Below, one piece after another: positions 46,702 to 61,982 of a stretch of DNA of 64,000 bases. The notes beneath the pieces are model-generated. The model had not been told where the DNA came from. It was given only the letters and a program-made list of their open reading frames with translations, and did not search any database. The first letter of the stretch is position 1. Every line of letters begins with the position of its first letter. Location of the stretch: NCBI RefSeq assembly GCF_056712565.1, contig NZ_CM160072.1. One strand, 5' to 3'. The position numbers and the translations under genes are program-made.

Positions 46702-47016
46702 ATGGACGACGCTAGTCGGGATCCAGTGATAACCGAAGATGAAATCAGGGAGCTGCAATTTTCTGCCGGGGATGTGGCGGAAATAGAGCAAACGGTCCTC
46801 TCTTTTGTCGATACCCGCCACACCCGCAAAGTAGCGATGGTGGTGGGTAACACTATTAATACCCTCAAAGAGCGCGATGGTCCGCGGTGGGGAAACCTGC
46901 CGGATATCTATTGCGCTTATCTTATTAGATGTCTGGTTTTTCGCGGAGAATTAGTGGGATACGGCGATTTGTTTCGTATACGCTATAGCGAAATTAAGCG
47001 ACCGATTATCTCATGA
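46702..47016 (+). CDS. yjeN: Uncharacterized protein YjeN
   Basis: MDDASRDPVITEDEIRELQFSAGDVAEIEQ.. Confidence 0.7.
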   Translation: MDDASRDPVITEDEIRELQFSAGDVAEIEQTVLSFVDTRHTRKVAMVVGNTINTLKERDGPRWGNLPDIYCAYLIRCLVFRGELVGYGDLFRIRYSEIKRPIIS

Positions 47017-47327
47017 GTGCGCGCATGTTTATCTTGTGCTGCATCTGGTTTATTGTGGCGTTCCTCTGGATAACCATCACTTCCGCGCTGGACAAAGAGT
47101 GGATGATTGATGGACGCGGGATTAATAACGTCTGCGATGTGCTGATGTATCTCGAAGATGACGATACCCGTGATGTCGGTGTGATAATGACGTTACCGCT
47201 CTTTTTCCCTTTTCTCTGGTTCGCTTTGTGGCGAAAAAAACGCGGCTGGTTTATGTACGCCACCGCGCTGGCTATTTTCGGCTATTGGCTGTGGCAGTTT
47301 TTTCTGCGCTATCAGTTTTGCTTATAA
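47013..47327 (+). CDS. yjeO: Inner membrane protein YjeO
   Basis: 104 aa, hydrophobic. Confidence 0.7.
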   Translation: MSARMFILCCIWFIVAFLWITITSALDKEWMIDGRGINNVCDVLMYLEDDDTRDVGVIMTLPLFFPFLWFALWRKKRGWFMYATALAIFGYWLWQFFLRYQFCL

Positions 47328-47357
47328 GCCGGATGGGTTCATCCGGCCACAAAGACC

Positions 47358-50300
47358 TTACAAACTTCCCGCCTGACGACCTTTGCCCGCAGAAGTTAAT
47401 GTTCTCCCCGTTTGTTTACCGTTGAGGCTTTCCAGACGCATCTGGAAGGGCGGGAATGGCATATCGATACCGTGGGCGTGGAAGCCCGCCAGAATTAGTT
47501 GGTGGATCTCATGGCGTAGCGGCATACGGTGACCCATCTCAGCGGCGTAAATACGCAGCTCGAAAATCTGAATCCCCTGCTGCAGATCCACCAGGAAGAC
47601 TTCCGGTGCTGGGTTGTCGATCACCAGTGAGCAGCGACGCGCTGCGGTGAGCAGGATTTCCGTCACTTCTTCACTGTTGGCATCGGCAGGGGCCGGAATT
47701 GTCAACACCACACGCGTGACCGAGTCAGAGAGCGACCAGTTGATAAACTGCTCGGTAATAAACGCCTTGTTCGGCACGATAATTTCTTTGCGGTCCCAGT
47801 CGCTGATGGTGGTGGCGCGGGTGTTAATTTTCGTCACACTACCGGTAAGATCGCGGATCGTTACCGTATCGCCAATGCGAATCGGTTTTTCGAACAGGAT
47901 GATCAGGCCAGAGATAAAGTTGGCGAAAATTTCCTGCAAACCAAAACCGAGACCAACACCGAGCGCGGCAACCAGCCACTGCAATTTCGACCACTCAATA
48001 CCAATCATTGAGAAGCCGACCAGCCCGCCAATCAGCATCAGCAGATATTTGGTGATGGTGGTGATGGCGTAGCCCGTACCCGGCGTTAAATCCAGGTGCT
48101 GCAGAATCGCCAGTTCCAGCAGCGCGGGCAGGTTGCGCACCAGCTGCGTGGTGATGATAAACACCAGAATGGCAATCAGTACCGCACCGAGGGTAATCGG
48201 CTCCAGGCTTTCTACGCCCTGTACCGTGGAAGTGACATCCCACAGCGAAATATTTTCGAGGAAGCCGAAAGCGGAATGGATTTCTGACCACAGCACAATG
48301 ACCGAAAGCAGGGCGATCAACATCAAAATTGAGCGCACCAGCCGCAAGGATTGCGCACTGATGGCATCGAGATCGACTTCGCTTTCATCGACTTCAATTG
48401 CTCCTTCCGGGCTACTGTGATGATGCGCTTCCTCTTCGCCACGCGCACGCTGCGCTAACATCTCTGCCCGGCGATGCTTCGCCCGGTCAAACGCCAGCCT
48501 GCGGCGCTGGATCAGCATCCAGCGGCGGATAACGTGATAAACCACCAGTAGCAGGAACCAGATGGCAACCGAGGTTTCAAGCCTCGCTAACAGTGCCTGC
48601 GCCGTTGCCAGATAACCCACCGCCGACGCCAGAATGGCAACCAGAGGTGCGCCAATCATCATGTTCCACAGCATATGGTTGGTAATGTTGTCGCCGCTGC
48701 CCTCTTTGTTGAGATACAGCGGGATCCCGGCCTTTTTCAGGCTGAGGGTGACCACCGCCAGCGCACCGCAAATGAGGATAAAGCAAAGCCGTCCCAGCGA
48801 ACCGGAAAATTCGCGGTCGTCGAGGTTATCGAACATCATCAGCGCCATAATCAGCGGCACAATAAGCCCGATGCTCATCAGGTAGTAACGCATCCCACGG
48901 GAAACACGTTCGCGCGGCCAGCCAAAATGAGCGATAAACAAGCCGTTCGGGCGAGCAAAGGTGGCGCAAATCATCACTACCCACAGCAGCGGCACGGTGG
49001 CTGTTACGCCATCACCAATCGCGACCGCCAGCGGATAAGGCCACGCCTCGCGCAAGCCGTAACCCAGCGTCATCCACAGCACAGGCAGCGGTGACGCGAC
49101 GAGAATCGACCAGAAAAGAGTGCGTAACGTCAGCCAGAAGTGATCCTGAGTCACTTTGCCGACTTTCGCCGCCGAACGTTCAAGAAAACGGGTGAAATAG
49201 CGGCGCGAGTAAATACTGCAACCGACCAGAATCAACGCGCCAAACAGCGGCAAAATCGTCTCCTTACTGGTCAGCATCATCACACTGGCTTTGCCCAACT
49301 GACTGAAGGTGTCCAGCGAAATGAGACGACGCAGATCCTGGGCGATTTCCAGCGGCCAGGCGATGGTCATCGGGCGCACGTCAGAGGTCCAGAACAGATA
49401 GCGGTGCGTCGCTTCGTTCACCTCTTTCAGCGCATCCTCCAGTTGCCCGTTGGAGACTTTCAGCTTGGTCAGCTCCAGCAGTAGCGTGTCGCCACCCTGC
49501 AACAATGAGTTTAGCAACTCACGCTGAGTGCGTAGCTGTGCTTCCAGAATACGGTTTTGCTCGGCGGTCAGCGGCTGACCGTCGGCCTGATGGATTTGCC
49601 GTAGCAGCGGCTGTTTATTAAGCAGATCCTCATAACGTAACCGTTGCACACGTAACTGCGCCATTTCGGTATCAAGCTGTTGTGGTTTTGGCATTTCCGG
49701 TAGCCGTGCCACCTGCGCCCGCAACGCTTCGCCGAGCAGGTTAGATGATCCCAGCCATTGCGACTGTTCACGCAGCGTATTCAACGCCTGCCGGACCTGT
49801 AACGTCTGGCTGGCAGCCTGACGCTGTTGCGAGGCAACGAGATCCATCCGCTGCGCCTGTTGATTCAGTGCCGCCGATAGTTCGCGGTTAATTTTAAACT
49901 GGGCGACGATATCTTTTGGCAAATCGGCGCTACTTTCCGCCAGTTGCTCGGTACTTTCCAGAGCCCGTTCCGCTTCCTGTTGGCGTTGACTATTCAACTG
50001 GTTGCGTAGTGCTTGCAAATATGCATCCAGCTGCTGGCTCTCTTTTTCCGCCAGCTCAGAGCGCAAGCGCGCTAATTCCTGGCGGTTATTGGCAGATAGC
50101 TGCGCCAGCTCCAGTTCATCAACGAGCGCTTTCAGACGTGCGGAGTCAGACTGCAACGCGAAATTTTGTGCCTGATTGAGCGGGGTATTGCCGGTAAGCG
50201 TCCCCAGGCGGCGCTCGATTTCATTCAACTGACGGCGGGCATCGGTTTGCTGTTGCGGCAGTTGATTCAGCGAATCGGCAATCTCGCGGGCGCGCTCCTG

Positions 50301-50681
50301 CTCTTGCTGGGCCTGACGGCTTTTATCCAGCAACTGACTGCTGATCTGGAGAATTTCCTGATTCAGCGCATCGTTAGACATTCCCGGCGACACGCTGCGT
50401 GGCTCGTCACGCATGTTGTTTAACTGCGCGCGCAGAGTGGCGGAAAGTTTCGGATAATTATCAATGACTTCTTGATATTGCTTGATGCGCTCAAGGGAAC
50501 CTTTTCGTTCCTCAAGCGCATTTAAGGCAGACTGGAGCGCCTCTACGACTTCCGGCTGCGCAGGTTTCGCCGCTTTTGCCTGCTCCAGTTCCTGGGTGAT
50601 TTGTTTGCTATCGGGGGCCGTCGCGGCGTACGCCCCCCAACTGAGGCACCAGGCCATCAGAAAAGTGATAATCAGGCGCAC
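47358..50681 (-). CDS. mscM: Miniconductance mechanosensitive channel MscM (YjeP)
   Basis: 1107 aa; signal peptide, long coiled-coil periplasmic region, C-terminal MscS-like channel domain. Confidence 0.9.
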   Translation of the reverse strand: MRLIITFLMAWCLSWGAYAATAPDSKQITQELEQAKAAKPAQPEVVEALQSALNALEERKGSLERIKQYQEVIDNYPKLSATLRAQLNNMRDEPRSVSPGMSNDALNQEILQISSQLLDKSRQAQQEQERAREIADSLNQLPQQQTDARRQLNEIERRLGTLTGNTPLNQAQNFALQSDSARLKALVDELELAQLSANNRQELARLRSELAEKESQQLDAYLQALRNQLNSQRQQEAERALESTEQLAESSADLPKDIVAQFKINRELSAALNQQAQRMDLVASQQRQAASQTLQVRQALNTLREQSQWLGSSNLLGEALRAQVARLPEMPKPQQLDTEMAQLRVQRLRYEDLLNKQPLLRQIHQADGQPLTAEQNRILEAQLRTQRELLNSLLQGGDTLLLELTKLKVSNGQLEDALKEVNEATHRYLFWTSDVRPMTIAWPLEIAQDLRRLISLDTFSQLGKASVMMLTSKETILPLFGALILVGCSIYSRRYFTRFLERSAAKVGKVTQDHFWLTLRTLFWSILVASPLPVLWMTLGYGLREAWPYPLAVAIGDGVTATVPLLWVVMICATFARPNGLFIAHFGWPRERVSRGMRYYLMSIGLIVPLIMALMMFDNLDDREFSGSLGRLCFILICGALAVVTLSLKKAGIPLYLNKEGSGDNITNHMLWNMMIGAPLVAILASAVGYLATAQALLARLETSVAIWFLLLVVYHVIRRWMLIQRRRLAFDRAKHRRAEMLAQRARGEEEAHHHSSPEGAIEVDESEVDLDAISAQSLRLVRSILMLIALLSVIVLWSEIHSAFGFLENISLWDVTSTVQGVESLEPITLGAVLIAILVFIITTQLVRNLPALLELAILQHLDLTPGTGYAITTITKYLLMLIGGLVGFSMIGIEWSKLQWLVAALGVGLGFGLQEIFANFISGLIILFEKPIRIGDTVTIRDLTGSVTKINTRATTISDWDRKEIIVPNKAFITEQFINWSLSDSVTRVVLTIPAPADANSEEVTEILLTAARRCSLVIDNPAPEVFLVDLQQGIQIFELRIYAAEMGHRMPLRHEIHQLILAGFHAHGIDMPFPPFQMRLESLNGKQTGRTLTSAGKGRQAGSL

Positions 50682-50702
50682 GTCAGCGTTTCCTTTGATG
50701 GA

Positions 50703-51671
50703 TTAGACCTGGTCTTTTTTGTCGTCAACCAATGGGCTGGCGTCGTGTTCTGCTTCGATCTCTTCAGCAGGAAGCGGGGCTGGTTCAGCGTCTGGCGTAA
50801 CAAAGGTTTCGGTAGATACTGCCAGCGGCTGGCCAATTTTCGTGACAGACAGGCTTTCCAGTTGCTCAACCAGGTTCACTTTACCTGGTGCAAACAGGTT
50901 GATAACGGTAGAGCCAAGTTTAAAGCGACCCATTTCCTGGCCTTTCAGCAATGCCACAGAATCGTCGTTTTCCCCGGCAGGCCAGGTCCAGCGCTTGATG
51001 ATGCCTTCGCGCGGCGGCGTAATGGTGCCCGCCCAGACCGTCTCAATGCTGCCTACAATCGTCGCACCGACCAGAATCTGCGCCATCGGGCCAAATTCGG
51101 TATCGAACAGGCAGATCACGCGTTCGTTACGGGCAAACAGATTCGGCACGTTCTGAGCAGTGAGATGGTTAACGGAGAAGAGATCGCCCGGCACGTAGAT
51201 CATTTCACGCAGAATACCGTTGCACGGCATGTGTACGCGGTGGTAGTCACGTGGGGAGAGGTAAGTGGTCACAAACGTACCGTTACGGAAGAGATCCGCC
51301 ATCAGATAGTTGCCTGCCAGCAGGGCTTCGAGGCTGTAGTTGTGGCCTTTGGCTTGCAGGATTTTATCTTCTTCGATTTTACCCAACTGGCTGATAACGC
51401 CATCGGCAGGCATAACCAGTACATTCGGATCGGTATCGATTGGGCGTACTTCGTCACGCAGCGGACGGACAAAGAATTCGTTAAAGGTGCGGTAGCTGGC
51501 GGTGTCCGGCTTTTGCGCCTCTTTCATGTCGACCTTGTAGTATTTAACGAACAGATCGATAACCAGTTTTGTCAGCCATCCTGCCCGCTTGCTTGCGCCC
51601 CAACCCGCCAGGCGAGTAAGCCATAGTTTCGGCAGAATGTACTGTAGCGAAAGTTTAAATGAATTTAACAA
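50703..51671 (-). CDS. psd: Phosphatidylserine decarboxylase proenzyme
   Basis: 322 aa, LGST self-cleavage motif ([11 protein letters not shown]). Confidence 0.95.
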
Positions 51672-51767
51672 GGTAGCCTCCAGGCCATTGTTTTGTCGTT
51701 CCTGATCCGGCCTACATGCCGGATCCTGAAAAAAAGGGGACGATTCTAACGACGGTTAGCTTAATTG

Positions 51768-52820
51768 TCAGTCATCCGTATCAGAAAAGTTTTTACGCGT
51801 TTTTACCTGCGCCATGCTTTCCAGAATACGGTGATAGTTTTCGAAACGGGTTTCCGCGATTTTTCCTTCCTCAACCGCTTCCCGGATAGCGCAGCCCGGA
51901 TCGGTATCGTGTTTGCAATCGCGATATTTACACAGACCTAAATAGTCATGGAATTCGACAAAGCCCTGAGTGATTTGTTCCGGCTCCAGGTGCCAGAGAC
52001 CAAACTCACGCACACCTGGGGAATCAATCACATCACCGCCGTGCGGGAAGTGATACAGTCGTGCGGCGGTCGTGGTGTGCTGACCAAGCCCCGAGTTGTC
52101 AGAGACATCGTTGGTCAGGATCTCTTTTTGCAGCCCCAGCAACGCGTTCAGCAGGCTGGATTTGCCAACGCCAGACTGCCCGGCAAAAATGCTGATGCGC
52201 CCGGTCAACGCCTCTTCCAGCGGTTTCAGCCCATCCTGAGTATGACTGGAAACCATCAATACGCGATAACCGATATTGCGGTAGATATCCATCTGCTCGT
52301 TGACGAACTCCATGCCTTCGTCGTCCAGCAGGTCTATCTTGTTGAGCACAATAATCGGCTCAATCTGCAAGGTTTCGCAGGCCACCAGGTAACGGTCGAT
52401 AATATTGAGCGACAGCTCCGGCAAAATGGCGGAGACAATGACAATCTGGTCGATGTTGGCAGCAATAGGTTTCACACCGTCGTAAAAATCCGGGCGCGTC
52501 AACACTGAGGTGCGCTCATGCACCGCTTCCACGATCCCTTTGACATTTACGCCTTCCGCCGCTGGTTTACCCGGACGCCAGACTACGCGGTCGCCGGTCA
52601 CCAACGAACGGATGGTACGGCGAATATTGCAGCGGTGAACGTCGCCATCGGCGGATTCCACATCAGCGTGCATACCAAAGCGGCTGATGACGATACCTTC
52701 ATCAGGCTCGCCAAACAGATTGTCGTCGTAGTCGGGCTTCTCCTTAGACGTTTTAAGACGACGCTGGTGATTGGCGTTCACGCGGCGCTGCTGGCCTTTG
52801 GAGAGTTTATTTTTACTCAA
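51768..52820 (-). CDS. rsgA: Ribosome small-subunit biogenesis GTPase RsgA
   Basis: [16 protein letters not shown]-loop, C-terminal Cys cluster; start trimmed (non-ATG start assumed). Confidence 0.85.
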
Positions 52821-52914
52821 TCGTACAGACTCCTGGTCGCCCCTGATGGGCAAAACATCTATGATACACGCAATTGTGGATCAATATAGTCACTGTGAAT
52901 GGGTGGAAAATAGC

Positions 52915-53460
52915 ATGAGTGCCAATGAAAACAACCTGATTTGGATCGATCTTGAGATGACCGGTCTGGATCCCGAGCGCGATCGCATTATTGAGATTGC
53001 CACGCTGGTGACCGATGCCAACCTGAATATTCTGGCAGAAGGGCCGACCATTGCAGTACATCAGTCCGATGAACAGCTGGCGCTGATGGATGACTGGAAC
53101 GTGCGCACCCATACCGCCAGCGGGCTGGTAGAGCGTGTGAAAGCGAGCACGATGGGCGATCGTGAAGCTGAACTGGCAACGCTCGAATTCTTAAAACAGT
53201 GGGTGCCTGCGGGAAAATCGCCGATTTGTGGTAACAGCATCGGTCAGGACCGTCGCTTCCTGTTTAAATACATGCCGGAGCTGGAAGCCTACTTCCACTA
53301 CCGCTATCTCGATGTTAGCACCCTGAAAGAGCTGGCGCGCCGCTGGAAGCCGGAAATTCTTGACGGCTTTACCAAGCAGGGGACGCATCAGGCGATGGAT
53401 GATATCCGTGAATCGGTGGCGGAGTTGGCTTACTACCGCGAGCATTTTATCAAGCTGTAA
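52915..53460 (+). CDS. orn: Oligoribonuclease
   Basis: [34 protein letters not shown].. DEDDh exonuclease; ORF-track start trimmed by 48 codons. Confidence 0.95.
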
Positions 53461-53670
53461 AATTTTTCCTGGTCACGTAAGCGCCGGAATCCACTTGCGG
53501 CGGCGTGATTTTGACGCTAAATTGAACGTCTTGCTGATAATTTCAGCACTTGAGATAAAAACTCAAAAAAAATTTTTTAGGGGGGTTGCAGAGGGAAAGA
53601 TTTCTCGTATAATGCGCCTCCCGTAACGACGCAGAAATGCGAAAATTACGAAAGCAAAATTAAGTAGTAC

Positions 53671-53746
<76 letters not shown>

Positions 53747-53782
53747 AAATTTGAAAAGTGCTGTAAAGCACAGACCACCCAA

Positions 53783-53858
<76 letters not shown>

Positions 53859-53893
53859 AAATTTGAAAGTGCTGTAAAGCACAGACCACCCAA

Positions 53894-53969
<76 letters not shown>

Positions 53970-54238
53970 AATTCTTCTCTCAATAAAATATCCACAGCGA
54001 CGCGATGCGTTATTGCTGGTTTTTGTTGTCTCTGACAAACTCTTGTAAACAGAGTTATCCACAGTCTCAGGCTGTAATCTTAATTTCAAAGAAACTTCGC
54101 ACGGTGAATAGTATTTTTTTAACCTATTGATAGATAAGTTAAAAATTAAGATTCCGTTTTGTCGAGTCGATCACTTGACGATTTTATTCATCTTGAATTG
54201 CAATGCGTTTTTATTTTTATTCACAGGCTGTGGATGAA

Positions 54239-55376
54239 TCAGGCGTCACGCGGTAACCCTTTTTCAATCACCCGAACCAGACGCTGTTTTTTCGGTAATT
54301 GCACTTCGACTATGCACGCATTTCGCCTCTCGATTTGCTGCGCAATCGCCCACGCTATGTGCTCATCGAGAAGTGGGTGCTCACCTTTACGACTTTCCAG
54401 CGCTGTCAAAATCGTTTCATCCCAGGGGGCATTGCCTAATGCTACGGCGATATTACGCAGCCAACGCAGGTGACCTATACGGCGAATCGCCGAACCTTCC
54501 GTGACTTTTAAAAACTGCTCTTCGCTCCAGGCGAATAACTCAATGAGTTCCGGAGCGTGTAGCGGCTTACGCGGGCTGAAATCGTCTTCTGTAGTGAGTT
54601 GCGAATAGCGATTCCACGGGCAGATAAGCTGGCAGTCATCGCAACCATAAATACGATTTCCCATTAACGGTCGCAACTCTTCCGGGATCGCCCCCTCCAG
54701 TTCGATGGTGAGATAAGAGATACAGCGGCGAGCATCGACGGTATATGGCTCGACGATGGCACCGGTCGGGCAAATCGTCATACAGGCCACGCATTTACCG
54801 CATCCTTCCTCGACTGGTTGATCCACGGGCAGCGGAATATCGACCAGCAATTCGCCTAAAAAGAAGAACGAACCGGCCTCGCGATTGAGGATAAGTGAGT
54901 GCTTACCTGTCCAGCCAAGACCTGCTTTTTCAGCTAACGGGCGCTCGAGAATAGGCGCAGAATCGACAAACGGTCTAAAATTCAGCGAAACACAATGTTG
55001 CTGAATCATCTCGCCCAGCTTTTTGAGTCGGTTGCGCAGAAGCTTGTGATAGTCACGGCCCAGCGCATAACGGCTAACATAGCCGAGTTTGGGATTTTTC
55101 AGCGTGCTGGCAAATGCGGCGTTAGCAGGAAGGTAATTCATCCGAACGCTGATCACGCGCAGCGTACCGGGCAATAATTCGTGAGGACGAGCACGCAGCA
55201 TACCGTGACGCGCCATCCAGTCCATTTCGCCGTGGTATTGTTTGTCCAGCCATGCTTGCAGTTTGGGCTCGGACGCGCTGAGATCGGTATCGGTAATACC
55301 TACCTGCTGAAAGCCCAGTTCCAGCCCCCACTGTTTAATATTTTGCGCTAATTGATTGAGATCGAGGGGCTCTGAC

Positions 55377-55378
<2 letters not shown>
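54239..55378 (-). CDS. queG: Epoxyqueuosine reductase QueG
   Basis: MSEPLDLNQLAQNIKQWGLELGF..; 4Fe-4S Cys motifs CGKCVACMTICP, CDDCQLICP. Confidence 0.9.
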
Positions 55379-57357
<1,979 letters not shown>

Positions 57358-57375
57358 CCTTTGAAAGGTGGCGGG

Positions 57376-58713
57376 ATGATGTATCGCATCAGAAATTGGT
57401 TGGTAGCGACGTTGCTGCTGCTGTGCGCGCAGGTGGGTGCCGCGACGCTCTCTGATATTCAGGTTTCTAACGGCAACCAACAGGCGCGGATAACGTTGAG
57501 TTTTATTGGCGATCCTGATTATGCGTTTAGCCATCAAAGCAAACGCACCGTGGCGCTCGATATCAAACAAACGGGCGTGATTCAGGGACTGCCGTTGTTG
57601 TTCAGCGGCAATAATCTGGTGAAGGCGATTCGCTCTGGAACGCCTAAAGATGCACAAACGCTACGGCTGGTGGTCGATCTTACCGAAAATGGTAAAACCG
57701 AAGCGGTGAAGCGGCAGAATGGCAGCAATTACACTGTCGTCTTTACGATTAACGCCGATGTGCCGCCACCGCCTCCTCCGCCGCCTGTGGTTGCGAAACG
57801 CGTTGAAACGCCTGCGGTTGTCGCACCGCGCGTCAGCGAACCGGCGCGCAATCCGTTTAAAACGGAAAGTAACCGCACTACGGGTGTTATCAGCAGTAAT
57901 ACGGTAACGCGTCCGGCAGCGCGCGCGACGGCTAACACAGGCGATAAAATTATCATCGCTATTGATGCCGGACACGGCGGTCAGGATCCTGGCGCTATCG
58001 GCCCCGGTGGTACGCGGGAGAAAAATGTCACCATCGCCATCGCGCGTAAATTGCGTACTTTGCTCAATAACGATCCGATGTTTAAAGGCGTTTTAACCCG
58101 TGACGGGGATTACTTTATCTCGGTGATGGGGCGCAGTGATGTGGCACGTAAGCAAAACGCCAATTTCCTTGTATCGATTCATGCCGATGCCGCACCAAAC
58201 CGTAGTGCCACCGGTGCCTCTGTATGGGTGCTCTCAAACCGTCGCGCCAACAGCGAAATGGCAAGCTGGCTGGAACAGCATGAGAAGCAGTCGGAGCTGC
58301 TGGGCGGGGCGGGTGATGTGCTGGCGAACAGTCAGTCTGACCCCTATTTAAGCCAGGCGGTGCTGGATTTACAGTTCGGTCATTCCCAGCGGGTAGGGTA
58401 TGATGTAGCGACCAGTATGATCAGTCAGTTGCAACGCATTGGCGAAATACATAAACGCCGACCAGAACACGCGAGTCTCGGCGTTCTGCGTTCGCCGGAT
58501 ATTCCGTCAGTACTGGTCGAAACCGGTTTTATCAGTAACAACAGCGAAGAACGTTTGCTGGCGAGCGACGATTACCAACAACAGCTGGCAGAAGCCATTT
58601 ACAAAGGCCTGCGCAATTACTTCCTTGCGCATCCGATGCAATCTGCGCCGCAGGGTGCAACGGCACAAACGGCCAGTACGGTGACGACGCCAGATCGCAC
58701 GCTGCCAAACTAA
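57376..58713 (+). CDS. amiB: N-acetylmuramoyl-L-alanine amidase AmiB
   Basis: [23 protein letters not shown] signal; proline-rich linker PPPPPPPP; amidase_3 motifs. Confidence 0.9.
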   Translation: MMYRIRNWLVATLLLLCAQVGAATLSDIQVSNGNQQARITLSFIGDPDYAFSHQSKRTVALDIKQTGVIQGLPLLFSGNNLVKAIRSGTPKDAQTLRLVVDLTENGKTEAVKRQNGSNYTVVFTINADVPPPPPPPPVVAKRVETPAVVAPRVSEPARNPFKTESNRTTGVISSNTVTRPAARATANTGDKIIIAIDAGHGGQDPGAIGPGGTREKNVTIAIARKLRTLLNNDPMFKGVLTRDGDYFISVMGRSDVARKQNANFLVSIHADAAPNRSATGASVWVLSNRRANSEMASWLEQHEKQSELLGGAGDVLANSQSDPYLSQAVLDLQFGHSQRVGYDVATSMISQLQRIGEIHKRRPEHASLGVLRSPDIPSVLVETGFISNNSEERLLASDDYQQQLAEAIYKGLRNYFLAHPMQSAPQGATAQTASTVTTPDRTLPN

Positions 58714-58722
58714 GGACGATTG

Positions 58723-60570
58723 ATGCCAATTCAGGTCTTACCGCCACAACTGGCGAACCAGATTGCCGCAGGTGAGGTGGTCGAGCGACCTGCGTCGGTA
58801 GTCAAAGAACTGGTGGAAAACAGCCTCGATGCAGGTGCGACGCGTATCGATATTGATATCGAACGCGGTGGGGCGAAACTTATTCGCATTCGTGATAACG
58901 GCTGCGGTATCAAAAAAGACGAGCTGGCGCTGGCGCTGGCGCGTCATGCCACCAGTAAAATCGCCTCTCTGGACGATCTCGAAGCCATTATCAGTCTGGG
59001 CTTTCGCGGTGAGGCGCTGGCGAGTATCAGTTCGGTTTCCCGCCTGACGCTCACTTCACGCACCGCAGAACAGCAGGAAGCCTGGCAGGCCTATGCCGAA
59101 GGGCGCGATATGGACGTGACGGTTAAACCGGCGGCGCATCCGGTGGGAACGACGCTGGAGGTGCTGGACCTGTTCTACAACACCCCGGCGCGGCGCAAAT
59201 TCCTGCGCACCGAGAAAACCGAATTTAACCATATCGATGAAATCATCCGCCGCATTGCGCTGGCGCGTTTCGACGTCACTATCAGTCTGTCGCATAACGG
59301 CAAAATCGTACGCCAGTATCGTGCAGTGCCGGAAGGCGGGCAAAAAGAACGGCGTTTAGGCGCGATTTGCGGCACCGCTTTTCTCGAACAAGCGCTGGCG
59401 ATTGAATGGCAACACGGCGATCTCACGCTGCGCGGCTGGGTGGCCGATCCAAATCACACTACGCCCGCACTGGCAGAAATTCAGTATTGCTACGTGAACG
59501 GTCGCATGATGCGCGATCGCCTGATCAATCACGCGATCCGCCAGGCCTGCGAAGACAAACTGGGGGCCGATCAGCAACCGGCATTTGTGTTGTATCTGGA
59601 GATCGACCCGCATCAGGTGGACGTCAACGTGCACCCTGCCAAACACGAAGTGCGTTTCCATCAGTCGCGTCTGGTGCATGACTTTATCTATCAGGGCGTG
59701 CTGAGCGTGCTACAACAGCAACTGGAAACGCCGCTACCGCTGGACGATGAACCACAACCTGCACCGCGTGCCATTCCGGAAAATCGCGTGGCGGCTGGGC
59801 GCAATCACTTTGCTGAACCGGCAGTTCGTGAGCCGGTAGCTCCGCGCTACTCTCCTGCGCCCGCCTCAGGCAGTCGTCCGGCTGCCTCCTGGCCGAATGC
59901 GCAGCCTGGTTACCAGAAACAGCAAGGTGAAGTGTATCGCCAGCTTTTGCAAACGCCCGCTCCGATGCAAAAACCAAAAGCGCCAGAACCGCAGGAACCT
60001 GCACTTGCGGCGAACAGTCAGAGTTTTGGTCGGGTACTGACTATCGTCCATTCCGACTGTGCGTTGCTTGAGCGCGATGGCAACATTTCACTTTTATCCT
60101 TGCCAGTGGCAGAACGTTGGCTGCGTCAGGCACAATTGACGCCGGGTGAAGTGCCAGTTTGCGCCCAACCGCTGCTTATTCCGTTGCGGCTAAAAGTTTC
60201 TGGCGAAGAAAAATCGGCATTAGAAAAAGCGCAGTCTGCCTTGGCGGAACTGGGTATTGATTTCCAGTCCGATGCGCAGCATGTGACCATCAGGGCCGTG
60301 CCTTTACCCTTACGCCAACAAAATTTACAAATCTTGATTCCTGAACTGATAGGCTACCTGGCGAAGCAGTCCGTATTCGAACCTGGCAATATTGCGCAGT
60401 GGATTGCACGAAATCTGATGAGCGAACATGCGCAGTGGTCAATGGCACAGGCCATAACCCTGCTGGCGGACGTGGAACGGTTATGTCCGCAACTTGTGAA
60501 AACGCCGCCGGGTGGTCTGTTACAATCTGTTGATTTACATCCGGCGATAAAAGCCCTGAAAGATGAGTGA
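58723..60570 (+). CDS. mutL: DNA mismatch repair protein MutL
   Basis: [44 protein letters not shown].. GHKL ATPase. Confidence 0.97.
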   Translation: MPIQVLPPQLANQIAAGEVVERPASVVKELVENSLDAGATRIDIDIERGGAKLIRIRDNGCGIKKDELALALARHATSKIASLDDLEAIISLGFRGEALASISSVSRLTLTSRTAEQQEAWQAYAEGRDMDVTVKPAAHPVGTTLEVLDLFYNTPARRKFLRTEKTEFNHIDEIIRRIALARFDVTISLSHNGKIVRQYRAVPEGGQKERRLGAICGTAFLEQALAIEWQHGDLTLRGWVADPNHTTPALAEIQYCYVNGRMMRDRLINHAIRQACEDKLGADQQPAFVLYLEIDPHQVDVNVHPAKHEVRFHQSRLVHDFIYQGVLSVLQQQLETPLPLDDEPQPAPRAIPENRVAAGRNHFAEPAVREPVAPRYSPAPASGSRPAASWPNAQPGYQKQQGEVYRQLLQTPAPMQKPKAPEPQEPALAANSQSFGRVLTIVHSDCALLERDGNISLLSLPVAERWLRQAQLTPGEVPVCAQPLLIPLRLKVSGEEKSALEKAQSALAELGIDFQSDAQHVTIRAVPLPLRQQNLQILIPELIGYLAKQSVFEPGNIAQWIARNLMSEHAQWSMAQAITLLADVERLCPQLVKTPPGGLLQSVDLHPAIKALKDE

Positions 60571-61513
60571 TATCAGTAAGGCGAGCCTGCCTAAGGCGAT
60601 TTTTTTGATGGGGCCGACGGCCTCCGGTAAAACAGCGTTAGCCATTGAGCTGCGTAAAATTTTACCAGTAGAGTTGATAAGCGTTGATTCTGCCCTTATT
60701 TACAAAGGGATGGATATCGGGACGGCGAAGCCGAACGCTGAAGAGTTACTCGCCGCGCCGCACCGATTGCTGAATATTCGCGATCCGTCGCAGGCTTACT
60801 CGGCTGCTGATTTTCGCCGCGATGCGCTGGCGGAAATGGCCGATATCACCGCGGCGGGGCGGATCCCACTATTAGTGGGCGGTACGATGTTGTATTTCAA
60901 GGCATTGCTGGAAGGGTTGTCGCCGCTACCGTCGGCAGACCCGGAAGTACGGGCCAGAATTGAGCAACAGGCGGCAGAGCAAGGTTGGGAGTCATTGCAT
61001 CGTCAACTTCAGGAGGTAGATCCGGTTGCGGCAGCAAGGATTCATCCAAATGATCCACAAAGGCTTTCCCGGGCACTGGAAGTTTTTTTCATTTCGGGTA
61101 AAACTTTAACGGAACTGACGCAAACGTCAGGAGACGCTCTACCGTATCAGGTGCATCAGTTCGCCATCGCCCCGGCGAGCCGTGAACTGCTCCATCAACG
61201 AATTGAGCAGCGTTTTCATCAGATGTTGGCTTCAGGTTTTGAAGCAGAAGTCCGGGCGCTTTTTGCCCGAGGAGATTTGCATACGGATTTGCCTTCCATT
61301 CGTTGCGTGGGTTATCGCCAGATGTGGTCTTACCTTGAAGGCGAAATCTCATACGATGAAATGGTTTATCGAGGTGTTTGCGCCACGAGACAGTTGGCGA
61401 AGCGGCAGATAACCTGGCTGCGTGGTTGGGAAGGGGTTCACTGGCTTGACAGTGAAAAACCAGAACAGGCGCGTGACGAAGTATTACAGGTTGTTGGTGC
61501 TATCGCAGGCTGA
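60563..61513 (+). CDS. miaA: tRNA dimethylallyltransferase MiaA
   Basis: GPTASGKT P-loop; 316 aa. Confidence 0.95.
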
Positions 61514-61586
61514 ATGTGTACAATTGAGACGTATCGTGCGCAATTTTTTCAGAATCGAAAGGTTCAAAGTACAAATAAGCATATAA

Positions 61587-61907
<321 letters not shown>

Positions 61908-61982
61908 GGTTTCGGGCTATTTTTTTACACGGGGAGCCAGCGATCCTGCGTTCCCCGCTGATCTATTTAGAGGGTTATACGC